From Rhynchobatus australiae (taxonomy: Eukaryota), in NCBI GenBank assembly GCA_034780895.1, contig JAUZTB010000064.1:114903116-114967115 (forward strand): a stretch of 64,000 nt of DNA, written 5' to 3'. The position numbers and the translations under genes were made by a program. The notes beneath the pieces were generated by a model, which was not told the origin of the DNA, made no database searches, and saw only the letters and a list, made by a program, of their open reading frames with translations. Position 1 is the stretch's first letter. The number at the start of each line of letters is the position of its first letter. Of this stretch, positions 26,868 through 39,949 are shown piece after piece.

Positions 26868-27139
26868 TGAAGTTTATACATTCTCTCCTGGGGTCTGAAT
26901 GTAGATTTCCTCTGGGTACTCTGGTTTACCCTCACATTCCAAAAATGTGCAGGTTGGTAGGTTAGTTACCCTCTGTAAATTGCCTCTAATATATAGAATC
27001 TAGGGGAAGGTGGGAGGAGTTGATGGGAATGTGGGAAGAATAATATAAGTAAAATGGGATTAATGCAGGATTAGTTAAAATGGCTGCTCGATGGTTGGTA
27101 TGGGCTCAGTGAGATGAAGGACCTGTTCTTGTGCTGTAA
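26868..27139 (+). mobile_element. 5'-truncated V-SINE
   Basis: V-domain atttcctctgggtactctggtttaccctcacattccaaaaatgtgcaggttggtaggtt; tail tgaaggacctgttcttgtgctgta. Confidence 0.75.
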
Positions 27140-28422
27140 GACTTGTTGACCTTTTTGCACCTTGGGTTCTTTCTGTTGTTGGGAGTAGTCATCTGCTCCT
27201 AAGCCTCTGCACAGGACTGCTCATTATTCCTTGGATTGATGCATACAGTAAGCTAGATTACTCAAGTAGTGGCCTGACTGTAATGGCTTAGCTTTCTTTA
27301 GCAATCCTTTGGCCACCTTTACCCATTCTCTGATTTTCCAGTGAGGTGATGATATATGGCGATCAAATTTCCATTCCTGTGAGAACATCACAAAGTTGCC
27401 TTCTCTGGACCGTGATCCATAATCAATGATCAACTGCTTAGGGGTGCCTATTCTGGCAAGTTGTCCTTTGATTATCAATGAGTGGACATTTCCTAAGAAG
27501 TGGCTCACAGATTTTTAAAAAATAATCAATGGTCATTTCTCCATCTTGGTGATACAGATCTAATCTGACTTTTGCCTGGTGTGCATCAAGAATTAAATGA
27601 AAATTAAATATTTTCTTTGATTGGAGATCTGCAGGTCTTGCATTTCTATACAGGCTCTCATTTATCCCAGTCAGTGGGAATTTTCCCTGTGGAAGCAAAC
27701 TTTCACTCCCAAAAGTGAGAGCAAGCATGTTTGATCGTGTTATATCTTCACAGTTTGCATGCTTCACCTCTGATCTGTTCACCTTGAGTGCCAGTTTATC
27801 TCTCTAGTGCAGGAACAGATCTGAAAACAGGTTCAACCTCATGCTGTACCCCTTTCCTTTCTTGTGTGAATCACTCGCTCCAGGGGCTTCATCATATAAT
27901 TTTGTCTGGTAGCCTCGGTATATTGGATCAGTGGCTGAGAGACTGAAATATGATTTGCAATGTTGATTGTCTCTAGCTCAGTATCCCTCACATGCTATGT
28001 GACTTTGAGAGGGGTTTAAGATTCAGACTCTCTAAAAGTGTCTGCTACATGCATATCTTTGCCCAGACAATACCAAATCTTTCATGTTGGTATATAAACG
28101 TCCTCACAAGAATTCTCTGCAACCCTAAAAGTGCACTATAGGTTTAAACTGAATGATATTGGGTAGGCTGTAATTGCTGTGCCTATATGTAGTTCACCAT
28201 ATGCTTATTGGTGAAACTTTTCCAGTCCAAAGATCACAGCAAGTCATTCCCAATTTATGTGTAATGCATTCCACATGTGAATCTCTGCTTGTGTATGCTA
28301 TTGGCTGAGCTTCCTGGAGGATCATTGCTCCAAGACCCTTCTGATGCATTTGGTTATAGCACTAGTTCCTTCTCATCATCAAAATATCACAACATGGGTG
28401 TGGTTGTGACCATCTCCCCAAT

Positions 28423-28662
28423 AATTCTGGCCACTGTCTGTAGGGAGTTTGGACGTTCTCCCTGTGTATGCATGGGTTTTCTTCAGGTGCTCCGGTTTCC
28501 TCGCACGTTCCAGAAGACGTACAGGTTAGGAAGTTGTGAGCATGCTATGTTGCCGCTGGAAGCGTGGTGACACTTGTGGGCTGCCCCCAGAATACTCTAT
28601 GCAAAAGATGCATTTCACTGTGTGTTTCGCTGTACATGTGACTAATAAAGATATCTTGTCTT
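28423..28662 (+). mobile_element. 5'-truncated V-SINE with non-CR1 tail, nested in the Gypsy remnant
   Basis: Closely similar to 62936-63226; ends catttcactgtgtgtttcgctgtacatgtgactaataaagatatctt. Confidence 0.85.
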
Positions 28663-28969
28663 TGACTATTTGCTCTTGATCCTCCATCGAGCACCATTCC
28701 ATCTCCTTTAAAGTTGACTGCCTCCCTCAAAGGGGGCAAGATCTCGCTCAGATAGTTGACAAACCTGAGTAACTGTTGCTCTCCTATAGTATCCATTAAG
28801 TGCAATATCTCCTTTGCTGTCTTGACTTTTACTGGATCTAGCTTCAGACTGTCTCTGGTGATTAAGTGACTGAAGGAGGAGTCTTCCCCCATTTTGACCT
28901 TCAGCTTCTGTATGTTCAACATCATCTATTTATCCCTGCATATGCTCATCAGGGATCTCGACTTTTGGT

Positions 28970-29128
28970 GGAAAGAAAACTGTAGATCCTGGAAATCTGA
29001 AATAACAACAAAAGTGCTGGAAACATTCAGGCAGGTCGAACAAAGAGTCTTCTACTTGAAACATTTCTCCTTTCACGGATGCTGTCTGACCTGCCTAGTG
29101 TCTCCAGCATTTTCTGTTTTGCTCTCAG
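28970..29128. mobile_element. Short palindromic PLE-terminus element nested in the Gypsy RT
   Basis: Arms aaaagtgctggaaacattcaggcaggtc and gacctgcctagtgtctccagcattttc are inverted; flanked by cttttggt at 28962-28969 and 29129-29136. Confidence 0.75.
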
Positions 29129-32100
29129 CTTTTGGTCACTGTCTAACTCTGCTTCTTCCACTGTTTCCCTTTCTCCGAAGATCACACTGTCATTTGCTTT
29201 GGTTTTGACCCCACAGAGCCTTCACTGAGATTCCCCTAGTACAGTGTTGATTTCAAAGGTGTGCTGAAACAGGATAAAGTGTGCTCTCCTCATTGAGCTC
29301 TGCATGCCAGAATCCATTTTAACATCCAGTACAATAAACATTTTAGCGCCACTCAGGTCTGACAAAAAATTCTCCATAATAGTTCCTCTTCAGAGAGCTA
29401 TTAAGATTCCTGGAGTCTAGGTAAATTCTCAGCCTGCATTTGATTTTGCAGCACACACCAAGCTGAATACCCAGGGAGTAGGCATGTCAATGGTTACTAT
29501 CTCTCCCATAGTCACTGCATGAATTTTTGATGTCCTCTTTATTGTGCATATACCAATCTACATCACACATTTTTTAATATTTGCTGAACATTCATTCATA
29601 GCCATTCATGTTGATATCCACAGTATTTGCAATACCGCAGCAACCTTCACTGTATTTTCCCTCTTGTGCCTTCTGCCTCATATTTCATTGCATGTGTTTC
29701 CTGTTGTTCCCCATCAAACACTTCTATCCAGACTCCATATAGTTCTGCTGCTTTGCATGTCTATTTGCAGATTTCCAGAGTTAACTCTGTCTCACAAGCT
29801 GTGATTTTGGATTCAACAGATAATCCAATGTCAACAAAGTATATCCTTCCAATCTGCCAATTGATTTTACCTCCATTAAGAAAATATCAAAAAATTATTT
29901 CTCACTGCTCTTCATTGCATGAAAATAACAGTCAGCTCTTTCATTTCTAGGTACTTTTCAATGTGCTTGTAAAATATTGAATGCATTCTCCATTCCCTCC
30001 ACTTGAAACAATGCGATACAGCAACATCTTTATTTTCTTCTTTCTGGTGTATTTTTTCACAGCTAGTCCAATAAACACCATTAACTCTAACTTCCACTGT
30101 TTCTATTCTTTTGATAAAGTACTTGCCAGGAAATCTAGCAGCTTGGGAGTCTCTATTTGTTCCATGTGTCCAACCTCAGTTGAATCACACGGCTTCCATC
30201 TCTTGCACTTGCCCTTGTATTATCTCAATCGGGAAGGTTCACACATAGTGTTCAATATTCCTATTTACACAAGGCATCCAATAGTTTCACCAACCAATAC
30301 TTCTGACATTGTATCTCACCATCTTGATCTCCCTAAGATGCTTGAAAAGTAATTGGTTACTCAAACTAATAACAAAAGTATTAAATAGTCGGAAAAAGCT
30401 TACAGCATCAGAACAGCATTTATTATTGTGGTTTCCTCCACAAAGATAGAGAGACTGGAGCTTCCCACAACAAACAATGCTGCACAGGCCCAGACACCAG
30501 TTAGTCTCATGATGCAATCCTTAAAGTGGTACATCTTTGAAGCAGCAATGATTGTTAACAGCCAATATTATATGTGATATATGTTTCCGATTAGTCGCTT
30601 TATCTCACCAAAACTTTTGTTTTAAACCCATGTGGTTGTGTGGTACAGAAGGAAAATAAATATTAAAATCAGCAGCAATGCAATGACGGTTATGACCCCA
30701 AATAGCCAAAGCACATAAGCATTTCTCCTGGTTACAAAATAAACAGCNNNNNNNNNNNNNNNNNNNNNNNNNNNNNNNNNNNNNNNNNNNNNNNNNNNNN
30801 NNNNNNNNNNNNNNNNNNNNNNNNNNNNNNNNNNNNNNNNNNNNNNNNNNNNNNNNNNNNNNNNNNNNNNNNNNNNNNNNNNNNNNNNNNNNNNNNNGAA
30901 GGACAAAAAACTGTACAGCATCACATCTCAGAGTGATGAGATTTTTGCTCTACCATATACAGTGTGCTTGTTATACCAATATTATAGAGTTTGCCCACTT
31001 TGGACCCACTTAAAGAAGATGTGTAATTGTCAAATACGAAAACCGAGGATTTTCAAGTTGCATCCATTACTGCTGGAGCATTTGATTTTTAAAAGATCAA
31101 ATTGCAACACATGGAGATAAGGTCAAGGAGAGATCAGCTGAACTTTGCAAGGCAGTTTCATGCCATTTTAATTGTTTAACTTGTCAGCCCACCAATGGAG
31201 CAGAAAGTGAGAAAAAGATAACTTATGGAGACGCCAGATCTTTTGTTTTTATAATATCTATGTCATAGCTTAAATCTGATTTCGGTTTGTCAACTTTTTT
31301 CAAGAAATTTTGGTAATAATTTTTTCCCTTTTTTTGCACTCTTTGTGCAGTTGAAGAAGGCTGATAATATACAAACCCAGAAAGGGTTGATCTACCACTT
31401 TCCCTGCATTTGTCATAATTCTTCAAGGTCTTTGGAAGCTGTGCAGTGTTGCTGAGAGTGATAATTATTCCTGAGTCAAATAAGGCAGTTGCATAATAAG
31501 GAAAAACCACTTTCAGGATTTGAGAGAATTCTGGCGGATTACATTTCAAATGTGCTGTTTAGGGAGTTTGCAGCACAGCCTGATGAGAGAAAAAAAAACT
31601 TCAATTACAATTTGGCTTTTGAAGCAAAGTTAATTACAGGGTTTTATATGCCAGTGTCAGTTTTCTAGATTTGCAGCATACTGTATGTCATGTTATTTAA
31701 TGTGGTTCAACCACTTGCCTGTCAAATGGCAATCATCTTTGTTTCTGAAATAAATGTTAGTGATGGGTAATATATGACAAATGTGTTTTAAGTACACACC
31801 AGTTAAGTATATAACCTGATACCTGTTACTGTTATAATCAGCTTAAAATACATTTCATTTTAGTTTAGCCAAGTGCTTGCACTGAGGAACAATTTATGAT
31901 ACATCTAAGTATCTTAGTGTTTCTCCAGTTTTGTCGGACATGCAGTAAAACCGGATAAAGTAAAAGTGCTTCAGCTTGTGTTAACCATCATTGCACTTGC
32001 ATCCTAAAGGAAAAGCTACATTTTAGAATACCATTAGTCATCAAGAAACAGATTCCACTCACAGCCTGTTTGTGTTTAAACAAAGGCAACAGAATTGGTG

Positions 32101-32867
32101 TGGTATGGCATAACATTCCCAGAAAATCCAGTGATTTGTACCACATCCACATGAACCTCAATCTACTGAATGTGTGCTACAAGCTTACATACAAACAATG
32201 GAAGTGGATCTGGATGTGAGCAAATCATTTGCAACAATAAAACACTTGTTCCACTTAAAACTATTGACAGTATTAGTACCAATGGTCTTGTAACTAAAGC
32301 TGCATCCTTAATGCAGAGTGATAGTTGCATTCAAATCAAATTGCGCTGTTCGTTAAAATAGATGACCAATGATTCTGATATAATAGCACAGCATAATTTC
32401 TAGATTTATATCAGTAACAGCTGACTAACAAAGAAATATCCAAAGTATCTTGCTTTAATATATTCAGACCAACATTGACACCAAACCAGAGGTTATTAGG
32501 ATTAAAGGTTATTAAGGTTTGGTTAAGGATGTAGTTATAAGGGCTGTATAGAAAGGGACAAAGATTTATGAGATGCAATTCCAGAAATTGATCTTCAAGA
32601 GATAGTACTGGGTTCTTACTATAGCTGGTAACAGTTGTGGTGTAGATCAAGTACTCTAATATTTGTGTAGTTACAACTGTCCATTCTGGATATGCATTTA
32701 CTTTAGCATTGTGTAATTAATTAATCAATGGAAAATTAATGTTGCTTCAGACCCAAAAAGGGAATATTTTAAAAAGTAGTTTCATCACTAAAATTACTTT
32801 CTTGACATGTTCTGTATCAATACAGTTCAACAAACTACTTGAACAAAACTAGTTTAGCAGAGTAATT

Positions 32868-33090
32868 CTAGAGAAACAAAGGACTGCAGATGCTGGAATC
32901 TAGATGAAAAACAACAACATGCTGGAGGAACCCAACAAGCCAGGCAGTATCCATGGAGGAAAGCAGATGGTCAATGTTTTAGGTCAAGACTTCCTGAAGA
33001 AGGGTTCAGATTTAAAATGTTGACCGTCTGCTTTTCTCCACAGATGCTGCCTGGTCTGCTGAGTTCCTCCAACATCTTGTTGTTATTTTA
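32868..33090. mobile_element. Palindromic PLE-terminus element with 14-bp target-site duplication
   Basis: TSD ttagcagagtaatt at 32854-32867 and 33091-33104; inverted arms atgctggaggaac...aagcagatggtcaatgtttta and taaaatgttgaccgtctgcttt...gttcctccaacat. Confidence 0.88.
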
Positions 33091-33469
33091 TTAGCAGAGT
33101 AATTAGTTTTAAGGAAAAAATATTCCAGCTTTACATATAAAATTTTACATTTTCCTTTAACCTTGTAGCTTTTCTCCTGCAGTGCTTCTGAGCCATTATC
33201 CAGTTGAATGAGACATCACTCATCTGGTTCCATTCTTTTCTATTCAGTCAGATCCAAAAAAAAGCAAAGACTTCTTTGCTGCAGTCAGTGATCTATCCAT
33301 AGACCACCACCTGTTTCTCATCTATGTGCTACCACTTAGCAACAGCATCCAAAAACAAAGTGTCATTTTCCCCATGTAAGTTACTTTACCTCAACACCAT
33401 TTCTCTTAATTCCTTCATTATTTATTTCTAAATCATCAGACCAATTATCCAGCATACAGTGCTAGATGA

Positions 33470-33900
33470 GGAGAAATTCTTTTCAATAAATATGGGGAGG
33501 ACTGAAAGCATCTTCTTTGGTTTCCACCACAAACTCCATTCCTCAGACACTGACTCTATCTCTCTCCCTGCCAACTGTCTAAAATAGACTTAGACAGTTC
33601 GTAACTCCAGCATGAGAATCAGACATCATATCCATGTCATCTTTCAGACTATTTCTTCTTCCAGACCGTTGCTTGATTGCATCCTTGGCTTAGCTGCTCT
33701 GCTGAGATTATCCAAAACTCTGCTGCCCATGATTTTTCATTCATCCATTAGCTTTATGCTTGTTGACATATATGGGCTGTGGGCTATTCATGTCTTGATT
33801 ATAAAATTGCCATCCTTGTTCTTCCCCGTGATCTCACCTTTTTCAATCTCTGTAATCTCCTCTAGCCCCAATCAACTTCCCAATGTAAGTAGTTCTTCCT
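33470..33900 (+). mobile_element. L2-clade LINE fragment
   Basis: tttcaataaatatggggaggactgaaagcatc...caccacaaactccattcc is homologous to the L2 piece at 11500-11660. Confidence 0.6.
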
Positions 33901-33957
33901 AGTTGTGTGGTACTTGTAGTGGTCCTTTTATTAAACAGGGTTAAGGAATAAATATGG

Positions 33958-35880
33958 AAAACAAATAAAACTGCATTTGCTTGAATCTGAAACAATAAAC
34001 AGAAATTTTGGAAGAATTCAACCAATCAAGCAGAATCTGTGGAAAGAGAAGCCAGTCCACGTTTTGGGTCATCAACCCTTCCTCAGAACTAGAGAAAGAG
34101 TGGAGAGTTCACAGTTTTCAAAGAAGAGCTTGGGGGAGGACGAAGGTATACGGAGATAAATTATGATAGATCAGGTGATGAGCATGAGTACTGACCATTG
34201 AAAAGTGGTGGGAAAGGGACATGGGCATAATAATGGGAAACGATGAGAGAGCAATTTGCCTGAAGTTGGAGAATGTAACATTCATTCCAGANNNNNNNNN
34301 NNNNNNNNNNNNNNNNNNNNNNNNNNNNNNNNNNNNNNNNNNNNNNNNNNNNNNNNNNNNNNNNNNNNNNNNNNNNNNNNNNNNNNNNNNNNNNNNNNNN
34401 NNNNNNNNNNNNNNNNNNNNNNNNNNNNNNNNNNNNNNNNNNCCCTGCGGACTGAGCACAGGTTCTCTGCGAAGTGATGAACCAAACAGCATTTGGTTTC
34501 TCCAGTGTAGAAGAGGCTACGTTGTGAACACCAAATGCAGTAGACCAGATTGGAAGAAGTGTAAATGAATCACTGCTCCACTTAGAGTGATTGTTTGGGC
34601 TCCTGGATGGTGGGAATGGATAGGTGTTACATCTCCTTTGGTTGCATGGGGAGATGCTGTGGAAGGGGGTGCTGAGTGGGGACAGAGACGTGGACCAGGG
34701 AGTCGTGAAATGAGCAGTTCCTGGAAGGAGAGGAGAGGGGAGGAGGTGGTGGAATCATGTTGGAGCTGGTGAACGTTTGCAAAGGATAATACATTGAATG
34801 CAAAGCCTGGTGGGGTGGAAGGTGAGTGCCGAGGAACTTTATCTTTGTGCTGTCCCAGCGGAGGGGAGGGGGCGGGGTGAGAGCAGAAGTGCAATAAGTA
34901 GAAGAAATGCAGTTGAAAGCTCCATCCACTATGGTAAAGAGGAAGCTATGTTGTAGGAAGAAGGAGAACGTCTCAGAGGTACCAGAGCAAAAGGCCTCAT
35001 CATTGGAACTAATGTAACAGAGACAAAGAAATAGCAACAAAGGAATGGGATCTTTACAGAAGGCAGGGTGGGAGGATGTATAGTCAAGGTAGCTGTGAGA
35101 GTATGTGGGCTTGTAAAATACATTAATGGCTTGTAAAGATGTTCATGGTTAACCTATCTCTTGGGATGCAGACAAAGAAATCCATAAAGAGGAGGGAAGT
35201 GTCAGGGATGGGTCACATAAATGTGAGAGCAGGGTGGAAATTGCCAGCAAAAGTGATGAAATTTTTGAATTCTGTGTGGAATGTGGCACCCATGCAGTTG
35301 TTAATATATTGTAAAAAAACTGAGGAAATGGTCCCAAATTACTCTGGGACAAGGACTGTTCCAGGGTATCCAACAAAAAGACAGGCATAGCTCAGGCTCA
35401 TGCGAGTTCCCATAGCTACACCTTTAATCTGGAGAAAGTGGAATCNNNNNNNNNNNNNNNNNNNNNNNNNNNNNNNNNNNNNNNNNNNNNNNNNNNNNNN
35501 NNNNNNNNNNNNNNNNNNNNNNNNNNNNNNNNNNNNNNNNNNNNNGTGGAATCAAAGGAGAAGTTGTTTAGTATAAGGACAAGTTCCACTGATCAAATGA
35601 ACATGTTATTGGAGAGGAAATGGTTGGGCTTCAATTTGAGAAAGAAAGGGAGGGCACTCAGACCTTCCTGATATGCCATGGAGGTATAAAGGGATTGAAC
35701 ATCCATGGTGAAGATGAGCAGTTGGGAGCAGGGAAATGGAAATGGTCAAAATAGCAGAGGACATCAGAGATGTCATGGATGTATGTGGGAAGGGATTGTA
35801 TGGGAGGGTAAGATAGAGTCAAGCTAGGAAAAATGTTTGGTAGGGCAAGAGCAGGCTGGAACAATAGGTCTACCAGGAAT
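33958..35880 (-). mobile_element. Decayed Penelope-like retroelement (RT + GIY-YIG region + terminal repeat)
   Basis: Minus frames give PIVPACSCPT, IQSLPTYIHD, FTMDVQSLYTS (RT motif A) and FLQIKGVAMGTRMSLSYACLFVGY (motif B'); terminal repeat with hammerhead-like motif at about 34053-34090. Confidence 0.85.
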
Positions 35881-36551
35881 ATATAAATGATCTGAATAAG
35901 TAGCATTAAAGTATGAAGCAATTCCTCAGTTTTCTCCAGCAAGGTTTCTGTATTTGCTGTTTCCCATAACAATACAAATATTATGCAGGTTGCCACACAC
36001 AGAATCTTCATGTGCGTGAGAAGTAGGTGTAATACCTGCAGGTAAGATCCTAACAGTTGGAAAAGATGGAGAGGCTTGGACAGCCTTTTTATTAACTTGC
36101 ATTTTTCTACTGCCCTTAATGTGTTACATCATTCCAAAACAATTTTGCAGTTAAATTATGGACTTTCAGTGGAAGAGTACAACTGGGGAAGATGGAATTG
36201 CAGGGTCAACATTTAATTGGTATTTCCATGAATGTACAGGTGCCCCAAGAGAAGGGGAAGCTTACAAAAGATCTATATTGAAAGACTGTGATCAAGAATA
36301 TAGTGTTCTAAAGGAAGTGATTAAGTACAGGGATGGATGGAGCCAAGAGTATTTGAAATTGAGGCACCACAGGAAGATAGATAAAGTCACTGCAGGGATG
36401 ATAGGTGAATTGAACTTTGAAATAGATGGGACACAAGTGTTAGATTTCAGATTGAGGTGGAGTTCATGCAGGTCAGTGCTTTCAGGCCACCAAGGACACA
36501 GGAAAAAGCCACAGAAGTGACAGTAAGGATGAGAGTTTTAGGGATCTAAAA

Positions 36552-36730
36552 GTAAAAAGCAACAGATACTGGAAACCTGAAATGAAAGCAGAAAATCCTG
36601 AAAGTATTCAACAGGTCAGGCAATATTTGTGGAGAAATAGAATCATTGATCATGATTAAATTTTGTCGCCCTGAAGTGTTGATCCAGATGTTCCCCCATC
36701 TGAATGTTTCTGGTGTTTTTTTTTGTTTCC
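36552..36730 (-). mobile_element. Diverged PLE terminal repeat, possibly palindromic
   Basis: cagatactggaaacctgaaat...caacaggtcaggcaatatttgtggag, followed by a weak inverted arm. Confidence 0.55.
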
Positions 36731-36834
36731 ATGTGAGTTTCAGAAAGAGGAGAGCAAGATTCTCAGAGATGGGTTGAATCAACTAGTCTTAACATATGGA
36801 CTTGGCTATACGTTTCTTAAGGCTATTTGAGTGA

Positions 36835-37022
36835 TGTTGCAAATAGAGCTGCTGCCTCACAGCTCCAGTGATCTGGTTCAATCCTGACTTCCAGCACTGA
36901 GTATGTGGAGCTTGCATGTTTTCCTTGTGACCACATAGGTTTCCCCAGGTGCTCTGGTCTGCTCCCACATCCAAAAAGCATGCTAGTTGGGAGCTTAATT
37001 GGCTACTGTAAATTGTCCCTGT
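36835..37022 (+). mobile_element. V-SINE (3'-truncated)
   Basis: gctgctgcctcacagctccagtgatctggttcaatcctgac head and V-domain ggtttccccaggtgctctgg; same family as 24628-24968. Confidence 0.8.
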
Positions 37023-37302
37023 AAATTGTGCTGAATTGCATGTTATGCACTATTTACAAATTAAACAATGGAGAAAATGGATTTTCTCATATTTTTGGGT
37101 TCAAGTCTTTTTGTAACTCTACATAGTAATCGATCATGCAGAAAATATACAGAATGACAATCAGCATCTGAACGTGGATTTTTTTTCCCTTTGCTTTATT
37201 CCACTGATTAAATGTCATCTGATTTTAATTGAATTACATTGTACAAAGCCATCTTTTAAACACTTGATGAGCTAATTATGGTTTCTCTCTTTCTTTTTCC
37301 AG

Positions 37303-38225
37303 GACTGAATTCTCAGTTGGAATACAGCATTGCATCTGGAGATTCATTGCAGTATTTTAATATTGACAATAATGGTGTTTTGAGTGCCAGGCGAGAGCTA
37401 GATCGGGAAAGTCAGTCATTCTACAACCTGCTAATTATGGCTCATGATTTATCATTGCTGCCTGCAAGTAGGCTTACAAGCACAGCACAAGTCTCTGTTA
37501 TTCTTCTGGATGTCAATGACAACCCACCAAGATTTATTTCCTCAAAAATGGCATACATGCAAGAAAACTCTCCCATGAACACTATTGTCTATAAAGCACA
37601 AGCCACTGATCCTGACAGTGGACCAAACAGTTATGTTGAGTACACGTTACTGAGTCACTCAGCAAACAAGTTCAGTATTGGAACAATAGATGGCACACTA
37701 CGTCTAACTGGTGAACTTGACAGGGAAGAAGTCTCCAATTATACATTGACAGTGATTGCTACAGACAAGGGTGAGCCTCCACTCTCTTCATCAATGGACA
37801 TTACTGTTATTGTACTTGATGTGAATGATAACCCTCCTGTCTTTAAGCAACTTCTCTATGAAGTTGAAATTAGTGAAAACACACTTAGCGGCATTGATCT
37901 CATCCAGGTCANNNNNNNNNNNNNAGATGAAGGAACTAATGGTCAGGTCCGGTACCATATCGCCAGCGGAAATCTGAACAACGATTTTCGACTTGATTCT
38001 GTCACTGGTGTAGTATCAGTGGCCAAGCAACTTGATCGTGAAACACGACCCTCGTATTCTCTGACTGTCCAGGCAACTGATCGCGGAAGCAGCCCACAAA
38101 CTGCCACAGCTGTAGTGAACATAAATCTCACCGACATGAACGACTTTATTCCTATCTTTGAACTGTCACCCTATACGATGCATGTGCAGGAAAATGCACA
38201 GAATCTGCCAGTGTCCATTTTGCAG
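37303..38225 (+). CDS. FAT4: Protocadherin Fat 4, internal coding exon (923 bp, about three cadherin repeats)
   Basis: Acceptor ttctttttccAG|GA (phase 1) and donor TTGCAG|GTTGGT (phase 0). ORF 37278..38261 has repeated LDRE / DVNDNPP / ATDPDSG motifs. A 13-N gap at 37912-37924 preserves the frame. Confidence 0.95.
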
Positions 38226-38389
38226 GTTGGTGCTATAAATCTTCTACTTGATCTGCAATAATTCTTCCATTTTTAAGTAAAATTAATGTTGTGATGAAAT
38301 CTGAAGTGTATGTGGTGTAGGTGCTGGTCAGCTCCTTGTATTTATCATAAAAGCAAAATATACAGTAAATCATACTGGTTTATGAGTTG

Positions 38390-39185
38390 CAAAAATAACA
38401 AATTGCTGGAAGAACTTAGCAGGTCAAACAGCATCTGTGCAAGCAAAGGGATATTCTACATTTCAAGTTAAGACTCTGCATCAGCACTAGGAGTGTAAAG
38501 GGAAGGTAGCCAATATATAAAAGTGAGAGGAGGGGTGAGACAGATGCTTGTAGGTGCCATGTGGAGCATGATGAGGGGAGGATGATAGGCAGGTGGAGCC
38601 AGGTAGATGAGACTGAGGCTGATAGGTGGAAACAGATAATGGAGGGATGATGGGCAGATGGAACCAGATGGGGAAGGAGATAAGAAAGGTAAACCAAAGG
38701 AAAAGAAACCCAGGCAGATAGGTATGTGGTGATGGGGAGATGGATCCAGGTGGAAGAAGGTGACATGTCTTGGTAAGAGGAAGGGGAGGCTTAGAAAAGA
38801 TAAAGAGACCCTGGATGGACTGGTGAGAGTGGGAAAATGATACAGAGAGTGTGGGTTACCTGAAACTAGAAAAATCAATGTTTGTACCTTGGGCTGTAGG
38901 CTAATCAAGCTAGTTAGTGGAGAAGGCTGAGGATAGACAGATTGGTGTGGAAATGGGAAGGGGAATTGAAATAACATACAGCCAGAAGCTCAAGATGGCT
39001 GTTGTGAACAGAGTACAGGTGCTTTGCAAAACGGTCACCTCGTCTCCGCTTGGTCTCACCAATGTAGAGTGGGCCACATCACGAACACCGAATGCAATAG
39101 ACCAGATTGAAGGAGGTGCACGTAAATCTGCACCTCACCTAGAGGGTTGCTTAGGCCACTAGATGGTGGTGAGGGAGGAGGTGTT
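38390..39185 (-). mobile_element. Penelope-like element 3' part (GIY-YIG remnant + UTR + terminal repeat)
   Basis: Minus frame VRCRFTCTSFNLVYCIRCS*CGPLYIGETKRRRGDRFAKHL is the Penelope GIY-YIG signature; terminal repeat at 38390-38490. Confidence 0.88.
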
Positions 39186-39949
39186 ATATGAGTTGCAAGC
39201 TTTTACTGAGAATTTTAAACAAGCATGAAGTGCAGCACACACAGCAGAATTTTACAACAATGGTGGAAAGCTTGATTTAATTAACATCAAACTCATTCAG
39301 GAAATAAATTAATTTCAATGCACACAATGGGGAAATTATTGCAACTCTGTTTCTAATTACATAAATGAAAAAATTGAATTGAAAAAGTCTTTTGCTTCTT
39401 CAGCAGAAGAAATAGGAGTAGGTGTGTTCCATTTGTTTCCTCAACTATGCTCTGCCATTCAGTAAGATCATGCTGATCTGACTTTGGCTTCTGCTCAATT
39501 TTCCTGTCTGTTGCTTATAACCTTTAACTCCCCTGGAGCTCAAAACTCTGCTTCAAACTTGGATATATTCAATGGTTCAGCCATTTCTTCAACAGGTTCA
39601 TACAAGTTACTGTATCAGAGACCCAAAGCTTAACCCTCTAAAGAAATGCCTTGAAAAGATTCTCNNNTGCTCCCCTAACTGACAAATACCTGTCCAGCCT
39701 TCAATCTATATTGTTACTGTTAGATTTAGCCAAATTGTTCAAAGGTGTGGAATTAGTTATCAGAACCTGCAATTGACACAAATCTACCAGTAATAAATAA
39801 CATCTGAATGAGCAGACTTGTCCACAGTGAAATAGCAAAGAGCAATGGCTAGAAATTATTTGTGTCTTTATAGTCACTCTGAAAGATTGATGCACAGCTC
39901 ACCTTCAGCTGTTTCAGTCATGAGCCTGGCACAGCAAAATGTAGTAATG

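Larger units (their letters stand above)
27150..30250 (-). mobile_element. Decayed Gypsy/Ty3 LTR-retrotransposon pol (RT, RNase H, integrase) with nested insertions
   Basis: Broken minus frames in Gypsy order: RT PTPWVFSLVC..LRIYLDSRNLN..LSGAKMFIVLDVK/GFWHAELNEES and LLRFVNYL; RNase H LAVIFGLEKFHQ*AYG; integrase GTPKQLIIDYG..FSQEWKFDRHISSPH..VKVAKGLLKKA. Confidence 0.85.

Noticed and set aside
37278-37302. ATG start of the 327-aa ORF as an independent cadherin gene
   Set aside because: The first residues (MVSLFLFP) are the translated polypyrimidine tract, and the ORF end reads through the donor at 38226; it is an internal FAT4 exon.
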